This document shows, piece after piece, positions 33,490 to 43,053 of a stretch of DNA of 64,000 bases. The stretch's first letter is position 1, and the number at the start of each line of letters is the position of its first letter. The DNA is taken from positions 17,302-81,301 of the forward strand of contig CADCHI010000007.1 of the NCBI GenBank assembly GCA_902801165.1, written 5' to 3'. The notes under the pieces are model-generated. The model did not search any database. It was not told the DNA's origin and saw nothing but the letters and a program-made list of their open reading frames with translations. This DNA comes from an uncultured Eubacteriales bacterium. GTDB lineage: Bacteria; Bacillota; Clostridia; Christensenellales; Aristaeellaceae. The translations under genes were made by a program, and so were the position numbers.

Positions 33490-33840
33490 TCACCTCCAGC
33501 TTCCGTACAGCCGTCCGTCGCAGCCCTCCCTCCGGGGCGGGCGTGGCCGGCAGGGCTCCGGCGGGCAGGGCGGGGGCAGGCACCGCTCCCGCCGGTCGCA
33601 GGGCCCGGGCCGCCATCCGTCACGATGGACGCACACCGTCAGGTTGCCGCAGTCGTCCACTCCCAGCAGCACCTCGACCCGCTCCCCGGGCCGGCAGGGG
33701 TTTTCAAAGGTTACGCGCTTGCACTGGCCCGGCGGTCCCCCGCGGCCGTGCCCTTCGTCGAACATCGGAAGCCGCACACACCTGTCGCGCTCGCAGGCGG
33801 GCCCGATGGTCGGATACAGCGGCATGGAATCATAATACAT
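33490..33840 (-). CDS. Hypothetical Cys/Pro-rich small protein
   Basis: MYYDSMPLYPTIGPACERDRC...DDCGNLTVCVHRDGW...CLPPPCPPEPC, with 11 Cys. GAGG lies 10 nt upstream of the ATG. Third-codon positions are GC-rich. No family recognised. Confidence 0.4.
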   Translation of the reverse strand: MYYDSMPLYPTIGPACERDRCVRLPMFDEGHGRGGPPGQCKRVTFENPCRPGERVEVLLGVDDCGNLTVCVHRDGWRPGPCDRRERCLPPPCPPEPCRPRPPRREGCDGRLYGSWR

Positions 33841-33941
33841 AGCTTGCACGCCTCACTCTCCCGGCGCGGATCTGCCCGCGCCGCGCACTGACCGATACCG
33901 GTCATGATACCACTATGCCACTGGAAAGCGTTGCGTTCCGG

Positions 33942-33970
33942 TTGAAATCAAGCCCCGTTTGTGCTAAAAT
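33942..33970 (+). promoter_or_regulatory. Extended -10 promoter of the YitT-family gene
   Basis: TTGAAA, 17-nt spacer, TGcTAAAAT. Confidence 0.6.
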
Positions 33971-33998
33971 ATGCGGGCAAACACGGGGAGGGTGCGAC

Positions 33999-34841
33999 AT
34001 GAAGGAAACGCTCCGCTCAGAGCTGAAGAACACGCTGTTGATCGTCACGGGCCTGCTGGTGGCCGCGGTGGCCTATCGGATGTACCTGATTCCCAACCAG
34101 GTCGTCGCCGGGGGCTTCACCGGCGTGGGCCAGCTGCTGAACCACCTGCTGGGCATCAGCGTCGGCACGGTGAACATACTGCTGAACGCGCCGCTGTTCC
34201 TGGTTTCAATGAAGTCCATGGGCCTGAAGTTCGGCATCCGCTCGCTGATCGCCATGTTCGCCCTGTCGCTGCTCATCGACCACATTCCCCTGCCCCCCGC
34301 CACCGACGACATGCTGCTGGCCTCCGTCTATGGCGGCGCGATCAGCGGCATCGGCTTCGGCCTGGTGCTGCGGGGCAACGCCACCACCGGCGGCACAGAC
34401 ATGCTCGCCTCTCTGATGCACAGGCTCATCCCCGTGCTGCGGGTCAGCTACGGCATCTTCCTGTTCGACGGCCTGGTGATCATCGCCAGCGCCTTCGCCT
34501 TTGAGCCCCAGGCCGCCATGTACGGCCTGATCAGCACCTTCCTGTGCAACGTGATGGTGGACCTGGTGCTGGAGGGCCCCAACTCCGCCCAGTCCTACTT
34601 CATCATCTCCGACAAGAGCACCGAGATCGCCGAAAAGGTGCTGAAGGAGCTGGACCGGGGTGTCACCGCGCTGGACGCCATGGGCATGTACAGCCACACC
34701 GAGAAGAAGGTGCTGCTGTGCGTGGTCAACCGCTTTGAATCCATGCGCCTGCGCCGGATCATCTTCTCCGTGGATCCCCGGGCCTTCGTCATCTCCAACA
34801 AGGCCCACGAGGTGCTGGGCGAGGGCTTCAAGTCGGCATAG
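33999..34841 (+). CDS. YitT family membrane protein (with DUF2179 C-terminal domain)
   Basis: YRMYLIPNQVVAGGFTGVGQLL, GGTDMLA, and a C-terminal soluble domain VTALDAMGMYS. Confidence 0.85.
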   Translation: MKETLRSELKNTLLIVTGLLVAAVAYRMYLIPNQVVAGGFTGVGQLLNHLLGISVGTVNILLNAPLFLVSMKSMGLKFGIRSLIAMFALSLLIDHIPLPPATDDMLLASVYGGAISGIGFGLVLRGNATTGGTDMLASLMHRLIPVLRVSYGIFLFDGLVIIASAFAFEPQAAMYGLISTFLCNVMVDLVLEGPNSAQSYFIISDKSTEIAEKVLKELDRGVTALDAMGMYSHTEKKVLLCVVNRFESMRLRRIIFSVDPRAFVISNKAHEVLGEGFKSA

Positions 34842-34922
34842 TGAACGTCGGCCCGTCCCAGCCGAACCCGATCACCGGGAAGCATTTCGTGTTTCCAATT
34901 ATGCACAATTACAGATTGAGCC

Positions 34923-35104
34923 GGGACTGTCTCAAAACAAAAATGCGAAGCAACCATCGGGCGAAGATTCAGAAAACACCGTAGGGGCGCCATAATTGGC
35001 GCCCGCGGCGGAAGGTCCGCTCCCAGCGGAAGGTCCGCTCCCAACGACATTTCTGCCGTCCCTACGAATGGATTCTGCAATGTTGTTTGTTTTGAGACAG
35101 TCCC
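34923..35104 (+). repeat. Family-3 TIR element, copy 2
   Basis: Near-identical to 28161..28344 and in the same orientation. Confidence 0.9.
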
Positions 35105-35122
35105 CTTTATATTGCTTTTCAG

Positions 35123-38100
35123 TCACCGAAGCCTGTTCGGCTTTCGCTCCGGGAACACGACCTCGTGCGTTTTCCCGTCGTCGATCATCCCGATGAAATC
35201 CCCTTCGACCTCCTTGCCGTCCAGCGTCACGCGGGCGGCTTTTTTGTCGCAGACCAGGCGATAGCAACTGCTGCCGAAGGGCACAGTGACGCATGCCCGG
35301 GGCCAGTCGCCCAGCAGGGCGCTCAGCCGCACGCGGTCCTCCCGGCGCTCGTAGCCCAGCAGCCCCAGCAGGCACACATACATCCAGGCCGCGGACCCGG
35401 TGTACCACGTCCAGCCGCCCCGCCCGGGGACCTCGGGCCGGTCGTACACGTCGGCGGCCATCACATAGGGCTCGACCCGATAGCGCAGCACCTTCTCCGG
35501 CGTATCCGCATGATTGAAGGGCAGCAGCATGCGCAGCGCCCGGTGGGCCCGTTCGCCGTCGCCCATGCGGATCATCGCCAGCAGCAGCCACAGCGCGCCG
35601 TGGGTGTACTGTCCGCCGTTCTCCCGCACCCCTGGCGGATAGGCCGCGATGTACCCCGGGTCCAGCCCCGCGCCGTCGAAGGGCGGCGTCAGCAGCCGTA
35701 TGAGGCCGCTTTCCTCGTCCACCAGCAGCTCCCAGGCGGCGTCCATGGCGCGGCGGCAGCGCCAGGGGTCCAGACCGGCCAGCACCGCCCACGCCTGGCT
35801 GATGGCGTCGATCCGGCAGGCCGCGCAGGCGGCGCTGCCCAGCGGCGCGCCGTCGTCGGCATAGGCCCGCAGGTACCAATTGCCGTCCCAGCCGAAGTTC
35901 TCCACCTCGATGCGCAGCCTTTGGCTCACCTCCGACAGCCAAGCCCTCTCCCCGGCGTCCCCGGCGACCTCCCGGTAGGCGTCGGCGCAGGCGATCCAGA
36001 ACTCGGACAGCCACACGCTCTCGCCCCGGCCCAGGTTTCCCACCCGGTTCATGCCGTCGTTCCAGTCTCCCGTTCCCATCAGCAGCAGGCCGTGGCTTCC
36101 GAACCGCGCCGCCCGGCGCAGCGCCTGCATGCAGTGTCCGTGCAGGGTGTCCACGGCGGCTCCGGGCCGCATCGGGCCATAGACGTCCTCGCGCCCCTCG
36201 GGGATCTCCACCGGCTCCAGGTAGGGAATCGCCTCCTCCAGCACCGCCGCGTCCCCGGTCCGGCGCACATAGGCCGCCGTCACCCAAGGCAAAAACAGCA
36301 AATCGTCCGACACCCTCGTGCGCACGCCCGTGAAGGGCTCGTGCCACCAGTGGAGCACGTCCCCCTCCTCAAACTGCCGGGCCGCGCAGCGCAGCAGGTG
36401 CGCCCGCACCCGCTCCGGCTCGTCCTCGAGCAGCGCCAGCATGTCCTGGAGCTGGTCCCGGAAGCCGTAGGCGCCGCCGGGCTGGTACAGCCCCGCGCGG
36501 CCCTGGACCCGGGAGGCGCGGACCTGGTGCAGGAGGAAATCGTTGGTCAGGTGGTTCAGCGCGGCGTCCGGCGTCTCGATGGTCAGGCACTCCTTGCGGG
36601 TATTCCGTCGGATCGCTTCAGCTTCTTCCCCATCAGTACCTCCTGCTTCGCGGCCATCCTCCCGCAAATTCGCCGCCCGCGCGAGGGCCGCTTCCGCGTC
36701 CCCGGCCCAGCCCAGCGCCAGGTGAAGCGCCTTTTCCTCCCCCTGTCCGAGCCGCACCGGCAGAGCCAGCGACCAGCCCTCGCCCCTGGAGGCGGCCGTC
36801 AACCCCATGGGCCGTGGGAAATCGCCGCCGCCCAGCAGCGCCAGCCGACCGGGTCCCGCCTGGGCGCCGGGCTCCGCGAAGGCGAAATAGCCCGCCCCGG
36901 GCATCGCGCCGGTGGCCAGGCAGGCGCCGGCCTCGTGCCAGGCGTTCAGTCGGACGGCGTCCCGGGCGTCCGTGCCCATCAGCCAGTTCACGCAGGCCAG
37001 CAGCCTGAACCGCCCGGAGCGCAGATTGCGGTTTTCAAGCCGCACCTCGATTCGCGTCTCCGGCAGCGCCTCCGCCTGGGCAAAGCGAACCTTCCCGGCG
37101 AGCCGCCGGGTCTCGAAGGCATAACTCGCCGACCGCGCGTCGTATCGGACCTCGAAGGGCATGACCGGTGCGACCCCCGGCAGCAGCGAAAGCGCCTCGC
37201 CGCGGGCCTCGTCCAACAGCCACAGCCCGATCCCCCAGCCCTCCCGCAGGGCGTCGTTGCCGTAGGGCGTCAATCGCCCGCTCCGGCTGTTGCCGCTCCA
37301 GAAGAAGCCGCCGCCCCGCTCGGAGAGCAGCGCCCCGCCGGCGTCATTTGCCAGGATATTGCACCACGGCGCGGGCGGGAGCCGATCCGGGGCCACGTCC
37401 ACGGCATAGCCGCCCGCAGGCAGGAAGCCGCCGAAGCCGTTCCAGCCCAGCCGCTCGCCCCGTCTGAGGGTGGACGCGCCGGTGTCCATGGTTCGAAGGG
37501 ACGCACCCCGAGGCGCGTCCAGCGCCGAGAGCCTGCGGCGCAGCTGGGCATAGAAGTCCCCGCCGGCGTCGAAGGCCGCGCAGGCGCTTCGCTCCAATGC
37601 CCGCCGCTGGTCCTCGGTCAGAGCGCCGCCGTCCAGCAGCCAGACGCCTCCGGGCACCCGGCGCAGCCGGTTCAGGTGGGAGGCGGCAATCATCGCCTCC
37701 ATGGCGTCCCGCAGCGGGCGGGCATAGCCGCCCTCACCGTCGTCCAGCAGCGCCAGGTCCACCTCCAGCCCGAGGGCATGGAAGAAGGCATGGACGCGAA
37801 CGGCCTCCCGGGCGGCGTCCAGGTCCTCCCCGGACGCGCGCACCAGCAGCAGGGGGCGGTCGCCGGAGAGGCCCAGGGGCCAGAGCAGCTCCGGCGGCAC
37901 CTCCGCCTCCCCCGGCCTCGGTCCCCGGGCCTGGGCGGCCAGCCTGCCGTCCACCAACAGCGCCGCCATCCGCTGCAGCAGCGCGTGGCCCTCGTCCTTC
38001 AGGCCAAGGAAGCCCAGCATCGCCCGGGCCTGCATCGACGCCAGTTGGAAGGCCCGCTCCGCCCGATCGGCGCTCCGGCTCTGCTCCAGCCAAGTCCCGG

Positions 38101-41100
38101 CCTCGTGTTCCTCCTCCAGCAGCGCCAGGGCAAACGTCACCCGGGCCCTCTGCCCGGGGGCCAGCGCCACCCGCACCCGCAGGGCACTGACGGGGTTCAG
38201 CGTATCGCCGATATTCCCGGTCAGTACCTCGGCGATGCCGCCCGGGCTGCCGGCGTCCCCGGTCCGCCCGACGAGCGCCTCGTAGTCCGTCTCGAATTCC
38301 GAAGGCGTAGGCGTCGCCGCGTGGACCAGCACCGGGCACTTCTCCTCCGGGCCGCGCAGCCTGCGCCGGAAGAGCAGGCCGCCTTCCGCGAGGCGCATGC
38401 TCTCCACGAACAGGTTCTGGTAGATCGCGTGGGCCCGCCAGTCCCCGTCGGACGCCAGGGCCACTGGCACCGCGTCCGTCAGCGACAGCCGGACCGCGCA
38501 GTCTCCCGCGTTGCGCAGCTCCACGCTTCGGTACAGCGTGCCGTCCTCCGGGGAGACGCACACCCGCAGCGCCGCCTCCACCCGACCGAGCCTTGTCAGG
38601 CTCTCCACGCCGCCGGGCTCGCAGGCCGTTCGGCTGCCCTCGCCGCCCAGCACCGCCTCCACGCCGCGCCCGTCGTCCCGCAGGTGGATGCAGGCCCGGT
38701 CGCTCCGGTCCTGCAAATCCCCGGCGAACCGGGTGGCGCTGACGCCAAATCGGGCGTAGTGCACCGCGCCGTCCGAGGTCCACAGGGCCGTCGCCCCGTC
38801 GCCGTGCAGCAGCCAGGTACCCGGCACGGCGCTGTCGCCGTCCAGCCGGTGCGCGTGTCTCCGCTCGACGCGCCTCGGAGCGGGGAACGCTGCCAGCCTG
38901 TCCCTCCCGCGGGGCGCCGCGTCCTCGCAGGGGCGCTCCTCTAACAGCAGCGACAGCGCCCGGGCCTCCGGCAGGCGCATGAAGTCGGCGCACAGAGAGT
39001 CCCCGGTGAGGACGTTGCACAGCGCGCAGAGGATCATGCCCTGGTGGTGGGCCATGTGGCTCTTCACCAGGGATGGCCGGCCTTCGCCGTCGGCTCGCAG
39101 GTAGTCCGCGGCCTCGTACAGGCCCCACTCGCCGCGCCAGCCCAGCGCGGTCATCCGACGGAGGTTTTCCGCCGCGGCCCGAGGCGCGAGCATGGCCGCC
39201 AGCGCCGTGGCGTAAGGCGCGACCACGCCCTCCACAGCGTTCCCCTCCAGGGCCAGCTCGCCCAGCCCAAAGGCGCGGTACTGATAGTTCAGCGCCGCGT
39301 CGAACGCGCAATAGCCGGATTCCGAGACACCCCAGGGCCTTTTTACACGCCGGCCCTTGGCGCGCTGGGCCTCCACCGCCGCGCGCACGCCCTCGCCCAG
39401 CAGCGTGTTCGCCGGAGCGCGGAGGAACAACTCCGGCATCAGGTATTCAAACATCGTACCGCTCCAGGACAGAGGGACAACGCCCCCCGCCACCTCGGCG
39501 CACGCGCGGCCCAGCCGACGCCAGTGGCGAATGGGGACCTGGCCCAGCATCATCGCCGCAAAGCTGAGCATGCGGGCCTCGGAGGCCAGCAGGTCGTAGT
39601 GGGACGCGCTCAACCGGCCGGCATCCACGTCCATGCCGATGGCGAACAGCTCGAGGTCCGCGTCATATAGGGCGCCGAGGTCCATGCCCTCGGCCAGCGC
39701 CCGCATCCGTCCCGCCAGCGCCGAACCCGTCTCCGGCGCGGACGCGCACAGCAGCAGCGCCGCCGCCAGGTTGCCGCCGTCCACCGAGGACACGTAGCGG
39801 GGCCGCAGCGGCGCGAGGGCGTCGATGTCGTACCAGTTGTACGGGTTCCCGCGCCACTTCTCCAGCGCCTCCAGCGTCTCCACCGTCCGCGCCAGCCGCG
39901 CCCGCGCCTCGGGCACGCCAATGAAGCCCAGCCGCGCCGCCGAGACGCAGCCGAGCATGTACAGCGCGATGTTCGTGGGGGACGTGCGCCGGGCCGGACC
40001 CACGGGCGGGTCCAGCTGCCAGTTGTCCGGCGGCAGCCCGGTGCCCTCCGGGGGCACGACGGCCTCGAAAAAGCGCCAGGTCTCCCGGGCCAGCGCCTCA
40101 AACGCCGCCCGCTCCCTGCCGCCGAGGGCCTTCCGCTCTCCGATGGGCGCGTTCTCCATGTCCCGGACCCAGCCCGGTCCCACGAGAAACAGCGCCATCA
40201 GCGCCGCCGAGGCCAGCGCCCAGCCGGGGTTGAACAGCCCGGGGACGAGCAGCAGCGCCGCGACGAAGCCGGGAAGGAACGTTTGCCTGCCGTCGCCGCT
40301 CCCCTTCTCCGCGTCCGCCGCCGTGACCCACTCCAGAAGCCGCCTGCCGGACACCCACAGCCGCCAGAGCGTGCGGCACACGGCGTCCAGGGCGTACCCG
40401 GCGAAGGCCGGCAGCAGCGCCAGCTCCGCCGTCGCCCTGCGCCATTTCAGCGCGTCCCGGTCGCCGATCCGAAGGGCCGGCTCCAGGTAGAGGACCGCCA
40501 GGGCCGCCAGCAGCGCCCCGGCGTTGCCGGTCCACGCCCCCGCGAGCAGCAGCGCCAGCAGCGCCGGGGCCCGCAGGCTGCGGACCAGGTTGTCCGCCAT
40601 GCGGTATCGCGCCGCGCCGTCCAGCCGCGCTCCGTTGGGCAGCGGTCTTCGGGAGAGGAGCAGCGGCAGCAGCTGCCAGTCGCCCCGCATCCAGCGGTGC
40701 TGGCGCCGCAGCATTGCGGCGAGGGTGCCGGGATAGCCGTCGAAGCACACCACGTCGTTCAGGCGGCCCGCCCCGGCGATGGCGCCCTCAACCAGGTCGT
40801 GGCTGAGGATGCGGCCCTCGGGCAGCGCCTCCTCCAGGCGGCGGTGGAAGGCAGCCACGTCGTAGATGCCCTTGCCGGCGTAGATGCCACAGCCGGTGAC
40901 ATCCTGCCACAGGTCGGAGGCGGCGACGGGATAGGTGTTGAGCCCGCCGGCCCCCGCGAACAGCGCCACGAAGCCATTGACGCAGGCGGAGGGCAGCATC
41001 TCCATCCGGGGCTGGAGCACCGCGAAGCCCCGGCCCTCCCCGGGTCGGTTCAGCGGATGGGCCATCGCGCCGATCATGCGCCGGAGCTCGTCCGGCAGCA

Positions 41101-42814
41101 CCCGAGTGTCGGCGTCCAGCGTCACCACCAGGGCGAAGCGCCCACGCAGGCGCGCGCAGGCGGCATTCTCCGCCGAGAAGGCATGCTCCGCCCCCGGCAG
41201 CCCCAGCAGCAGCCGGTTCAGGTCCATCAGCGCGCCGCGCTTGCGGTCCCGTCCCATCCAGACCCCGTCCGGCTCCAGCAGCGTCCGGCCCCGGTGCAAA
41301 AAGGCATACTTCTCCCGTCCCGCCCGGGCATTCATCGCCGCGATCCTCTCCCTGACCCGAGCCAGCACCGCCGCGTCCCCGGGCTGTTCGGCCCCGGCCG
41401 CGTCCGCGAAGTCCCCCAGGAGCAGGTATTCGATGTTCGGGTCGCGCTCCAGACAGCCCAGCACCTCCAGCCGGTCGCAGGCCTCGTCCACCCGATTGAT
41501 GTCTGAGAGCAGCACCGGCAGCGTCACCAGCGTGCGCAGTTCGTCCGGCACGCGCTCGAATTCCAGCTTCAGCAGCCGCGCGGGCCTGAAGAACAGCGGA
41601 TAAAGTCGCCCCGTGACGGCGGAGGCGGCGGTCCAGGCCGCGGGCAGACAGGGCAGGCACAGCCACGGATTGCCCGCGACGAGGGACAGCCCCGCCCACA
41701 GCAGGGCCGTCAACGCAAGCCGCGCGGCCACGGTGCGCTTTCCACCCGGATCGGGCACAAGCCTGGGCAGGCGCACCTCGCTCCGGCCCAGCCGCGCGAG
41801 CAGCGCCCTTCGGCCTTCGTCGTCGCAAAGCCACCAGCAGGCGTCGCCCCGCAGGCCCTCCCCCTCCCGGGCGGCATCCGCCGCGCATTGGGCCACCGCG
41901 ATCTCCGGCAGCTCCAGCCGCCTGGCGATGCGGGCGACCTCCTCCCGCACGATGCCCCGGGATTCCTCGTCCATCTCCCAATAGCAACCCGCCGAGGAGT
42001 CCCGCAGGACCTGGTCCACCCGGGAGAGGCGCACGAAGCAATCCCGCCAGCGCAAATCCTCCAGCATCCTGCGGGCGTCCAGCAGGTTCGACAGCCGCAG
42101 CTCGTCCCGCGCCGCCGATGCCTGGGCCTGGCGCGCCGCGTCCTCGGCGGTCAATCCCTGTCGGGCAAGCGCCTTCTCCAGCAGCCGGCGGGCCCTGGGC
42201 GAACCCTCGGCCTCGGCGCGGCCGAGGGCCGAGGCGAAAAACGCGGCGTCACTGCGCAGGCCCTTCGCCGTGGGCCTGTGGACCCACGCAGCCGCCCGGG
42301 CGGCGCGCTCCGCCCGCCCCGCGATGGATGCCGCCGCGTCCGCGAGGCCCCGGGACAGCACCACCCGCAGGGCATCCGGCACGGCCCACAGCTCCGAGGT
42401 GGTCAGGGGCTGGGCCGCGTCCAGCGCCTTGAGGGCCGCTATCAGGCCGGACTCGGTCAAGGCGCGGTCGCCTCCGGCGCACAGCGCCTCCAGCGCCGCT
42501 TCGACGCGCGGTTTCCCGGACCAGGCGGTCAGGCGCTGCCCGCCCTCCCGGAAGGCCCTTCGGACGCAGTTCTCAGCCAGCCGCCCGTCCCGCACCAGTC
42601 GGGAGAGGGCCCCGTCTTCTGCCATGCCGCCGCGCTCCAGCCGGCGCGCCCTTACGAGAGCGGACTCCAGGCGGCGCAGCGCGCGCCTCTCCAGGCGCAG
42701 CACGGCCTCCCCGGACGGCGCGTTGAGCCCCGCGAGGCGGCGCATCAGCGCCGCGCCGTCCTCTCCCTCATCCTCGAAGCCAATCCACCTGCCGGCGGCA
42801 AAAAAACGGTTCAT
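35123..42814 (-). CDS. Giant GT84-GH94 protein resembling cyclic beta-1,2-glucan synthase (ChvB/NdvB/Cgs-like)
   Basis: TM segments, GT domain VVTLDADTRVLPD, QHRWMRGDWQ (Q-x-x-RW type), and a C-terminal GH94-type region with TGDWNDGMN. Start at MNRFFAAG (42814), preceded by GGGAGGA. Confidence 0.85.
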   Translation of the reverse strand: MNRFFAAGRWIGFEDEGEDGAALMRRLAGLNAPSGEAVLRLERRALRRLESALVRARRLERGGMAEDGALSRLVRDGRLAENCVRRAFREGGQRLTAWSGKPRVEAALEALCAGGDRALTESGLIAALKALDAAQPLTTSELWAVPDALRVVLSRGLADAAASIAGRAERAARAAAWVHRPTAKGLRSDAAFFASALGRAEAEGSPRARRLLEKALARQGLTAEDAARQAQASAARDELRLSNLLDARRMLEDLRWRDCFVRLSRVDQVLRDSSAGCYWEMDEESRGIVREEVARIARRLELPEIAVAQCAADAAREGEGLRGDACWWLCDDEGRRALLARLGRSEVRLPRLVPDPGGKRTVAARLALTALLWAGLSLVAGNPWLCLPCLPAAWTAASAVTGRLYPLFFRPARLLKLEFERVPDELRTLVTLPVLLSDINRVDEACDRLEVLGCLERDPNIEYLLLGDFADAAGAEQPGDAAVLARVRERIAAMNARAGREKYAFLHRGRTLLEPDGVWMGRDRKRGALMDLNRLLLGLPGAEHAFSAENAACARLRGRFALVVTLDADTRVLPDELRRMIGAMAHPLNRPGEGRGFAVLQPRMEMLPSACVNGFVALFAGAGGLNTYPVAASDLWQDVTGCGIYAGKGIYDVAAFHRRLEEALPEGRILSHDLVEGAIAGAGRLNDVVCFDGYPGTLAAMLRRQHRWMRGDWQLLPLLLSRRPLPNGARLDGAARYRMADNLVRSLRAPALLALLLAGAWTGNAGALLAALAVLYLEPALRIGDRDALKWRRATAELALLPAFAGYALDAVCRTLWRLWVSGRRLLEWVTAADAEKGSGDGRQTFLPGFVAALLLVPGLFNPGWALASAALMALFLVGPGWVRDMENAPIGERKALGGRERAAFEALARETWRFFEAVVPPEGTGLPPDNWQLDPPVGPARRTSPTNIALYMLGCVSAARLGFIGVPEARARLARTVETLEALEKWRGNPYNWYDIDALAPLRPRYVSSVDGGNLAAALLLCASAPETGSALAGRMRALAEGMDLGALYDADLELFAIGMDVDAGRLSASHYDLLASEARMLSFAAMMLGQVPIRHWRRLGRACAEVAGGVVPLSWSGTMFEYLMPELFLRAPANTLLGEGVRAAVEAQRAKGRRVKRPWGVSESGYCAFDAALNYQYRAFGLGELALEGNAVEGVVAPYATALAAMLAPRAAAENLRRMTALGWRGEWGLYEAADYLRADGEGRPSLVKSHMAHHQGMILCALCNVLTGDSLCADFMRLPEARALSLLLEERPCEDAAPRGRDRLAAFPAPRRVERRHAHRLDGDSAVPGTWLLHGDGATALWTSDGAVHYARFGVSATRFAGDLQDRSDRACIHLRDDGRGVEAVLGGEGSRTACEPGGVESLTRLGRVEAALRVCVSPEDGTLYRSVELRNAGDCAVRLSLTDAVPVALASDGDWRAHAIYQNLFVESMRLAEGGLLFRRRLRGPEEKCPVLVHAATPTPSEFETDYEALVGRTGDAGSPGGIAEVLTGNIGDTLNPVSALRVRVALAPGQRARVTFALALLEEEHEAGTWLEQSRSADRAERAFQLASMQARAMLGFLGLKDEGHALLQRMAALLVDGRLAAQARGPRPGEAEVPPELLWPLGLSGDRPLLLVRASGEDLDAAREAVRVHAFFHALGLEVDLALLDDGEGGYARPLRDAMEAMIAASHLNRLRRVPGGVWLLDGGALTEDQRRALERSACAAFDAGGDFYAQLRRRLSALDAPRGASLRTMDTGASTLRRGERLGWNGFGGFLPAGGYAVDVAPDRLPPAPWCNILANDAGGALLSERGGGFFWSGNSRSGRLTPYGNDALREGWGIGLWLLDEARGEALSLLPGVAPVMPFEVRYDARSASYAFETRRLAGKVRFAQAEALPETRIEVRLENRNLRSGRFRLLACVNWLMGTDARDAVRLNAWHEAGACLATGAMPGAGYFAFAEPGAQAGPGRLALLGGGDFPRPMGLTAASRGEGWSLALPVRLGQGEEKALHLALGWAGDAEAALARAANLREDGREAGGTDGEEAEAIRRNTRKECLTIETPDAALNHLTNDFLLHQVRASRVQGRAGLYQPGGAYGFRDQLQDMLALLEDEPERVRAHLLRCAARQFEEGDVLHWWHEPFTGVRTRVSDDLLFLPWVTAAYVRRTGDAAVLEEAIPYLEPVEIPEGREDVYGPMRPGAAVDTLHGHCMQALRRAARFGSHGLLLMGTGDWNDGMNRVGNLGRGESVWLSEFWIACADAYREVAGDAGERAWLSEVSQRLRIEVENFGWDGNWYLRAYADDGAPLGSAACAACRIDAISQAWAVLAGLDPWRCRRAMDAAWELLVDEESGLIRLLTPPFDGAGLDPGYIAAYPPGVRENGGQYTHGALWLLLAMIRMGDGERAHRALRMLLPFNHADTPEKVLRYRVEPYVMAADVYDRPEVPGRGGWTWYTGSAAWMYVCLLGLLGYERREDRVRLSALLGDWPRACVTVPFGSSCYRLVCDKKAARVTLDGKEVEGDFIGMIDDGKTHEVVFPERKPNRLR

Positions 42815-42870
42815 ACTCAATCCTCCCTGCATTGCGCAAGCTGTCATCAGTATGAGCCGTTTTGGGGGCA

Positions 42871-42898
42871 ATTATAATCATTGTGTGCCGTCTGTCCA
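42871..42898 (-). promoter_or_regulatory. Candidate promoter of the giant glucan synthase-like gene
   Basis: On the minus strand: TGGACA, 16-nt spacer, TATAAT. Confidence 0.45.
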
Positions 42899-42995
42899 TG
42901 CGCTGAAAGCGGCAGCGCCGCCCGCGGACGCGCCGCGTCGATCCCGGGATCACCCGCGCGGGCCGGCCCAGATCACGGGCATTTGAGGTCCAAAA

Positions 42996-43030
42996 GTGCA
43001 AAAACCGCCGGGACTTCCCGTCCCGGCGGT
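42996..43030 (-). terminator. Intrinsic terminator after the coiled-coil protein gene
   Basis: ACCGCCGGGAC / GTCCCGGCGGT is an 11-bp stem, followed by TTTTT on the minus strand. Confidence 0.75.
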
Positions 43031-43053
43031 CAAATTCATTGGGTTAATGCGCC

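Noticed and set aside
28161-35104. The two Family-3 copies acting as ends of a composite transposon or island
   Set aside because: The enclosed 6.6 kb includes spo0A and a YitT gene, which are core functions. There is no transposase or integrase, and the copies are direct rather than inverted.
35165-38944. 1259-aa plus-strand ORF and many ORFs of 60-500 aa across 35.1-42.9 kb
   Set aside because: All are antisense or out of frame relative to the 2560-aa GT84-GH94 gene. Their products are Arg/Pro/Gly/Ala-rich and lack motifs.
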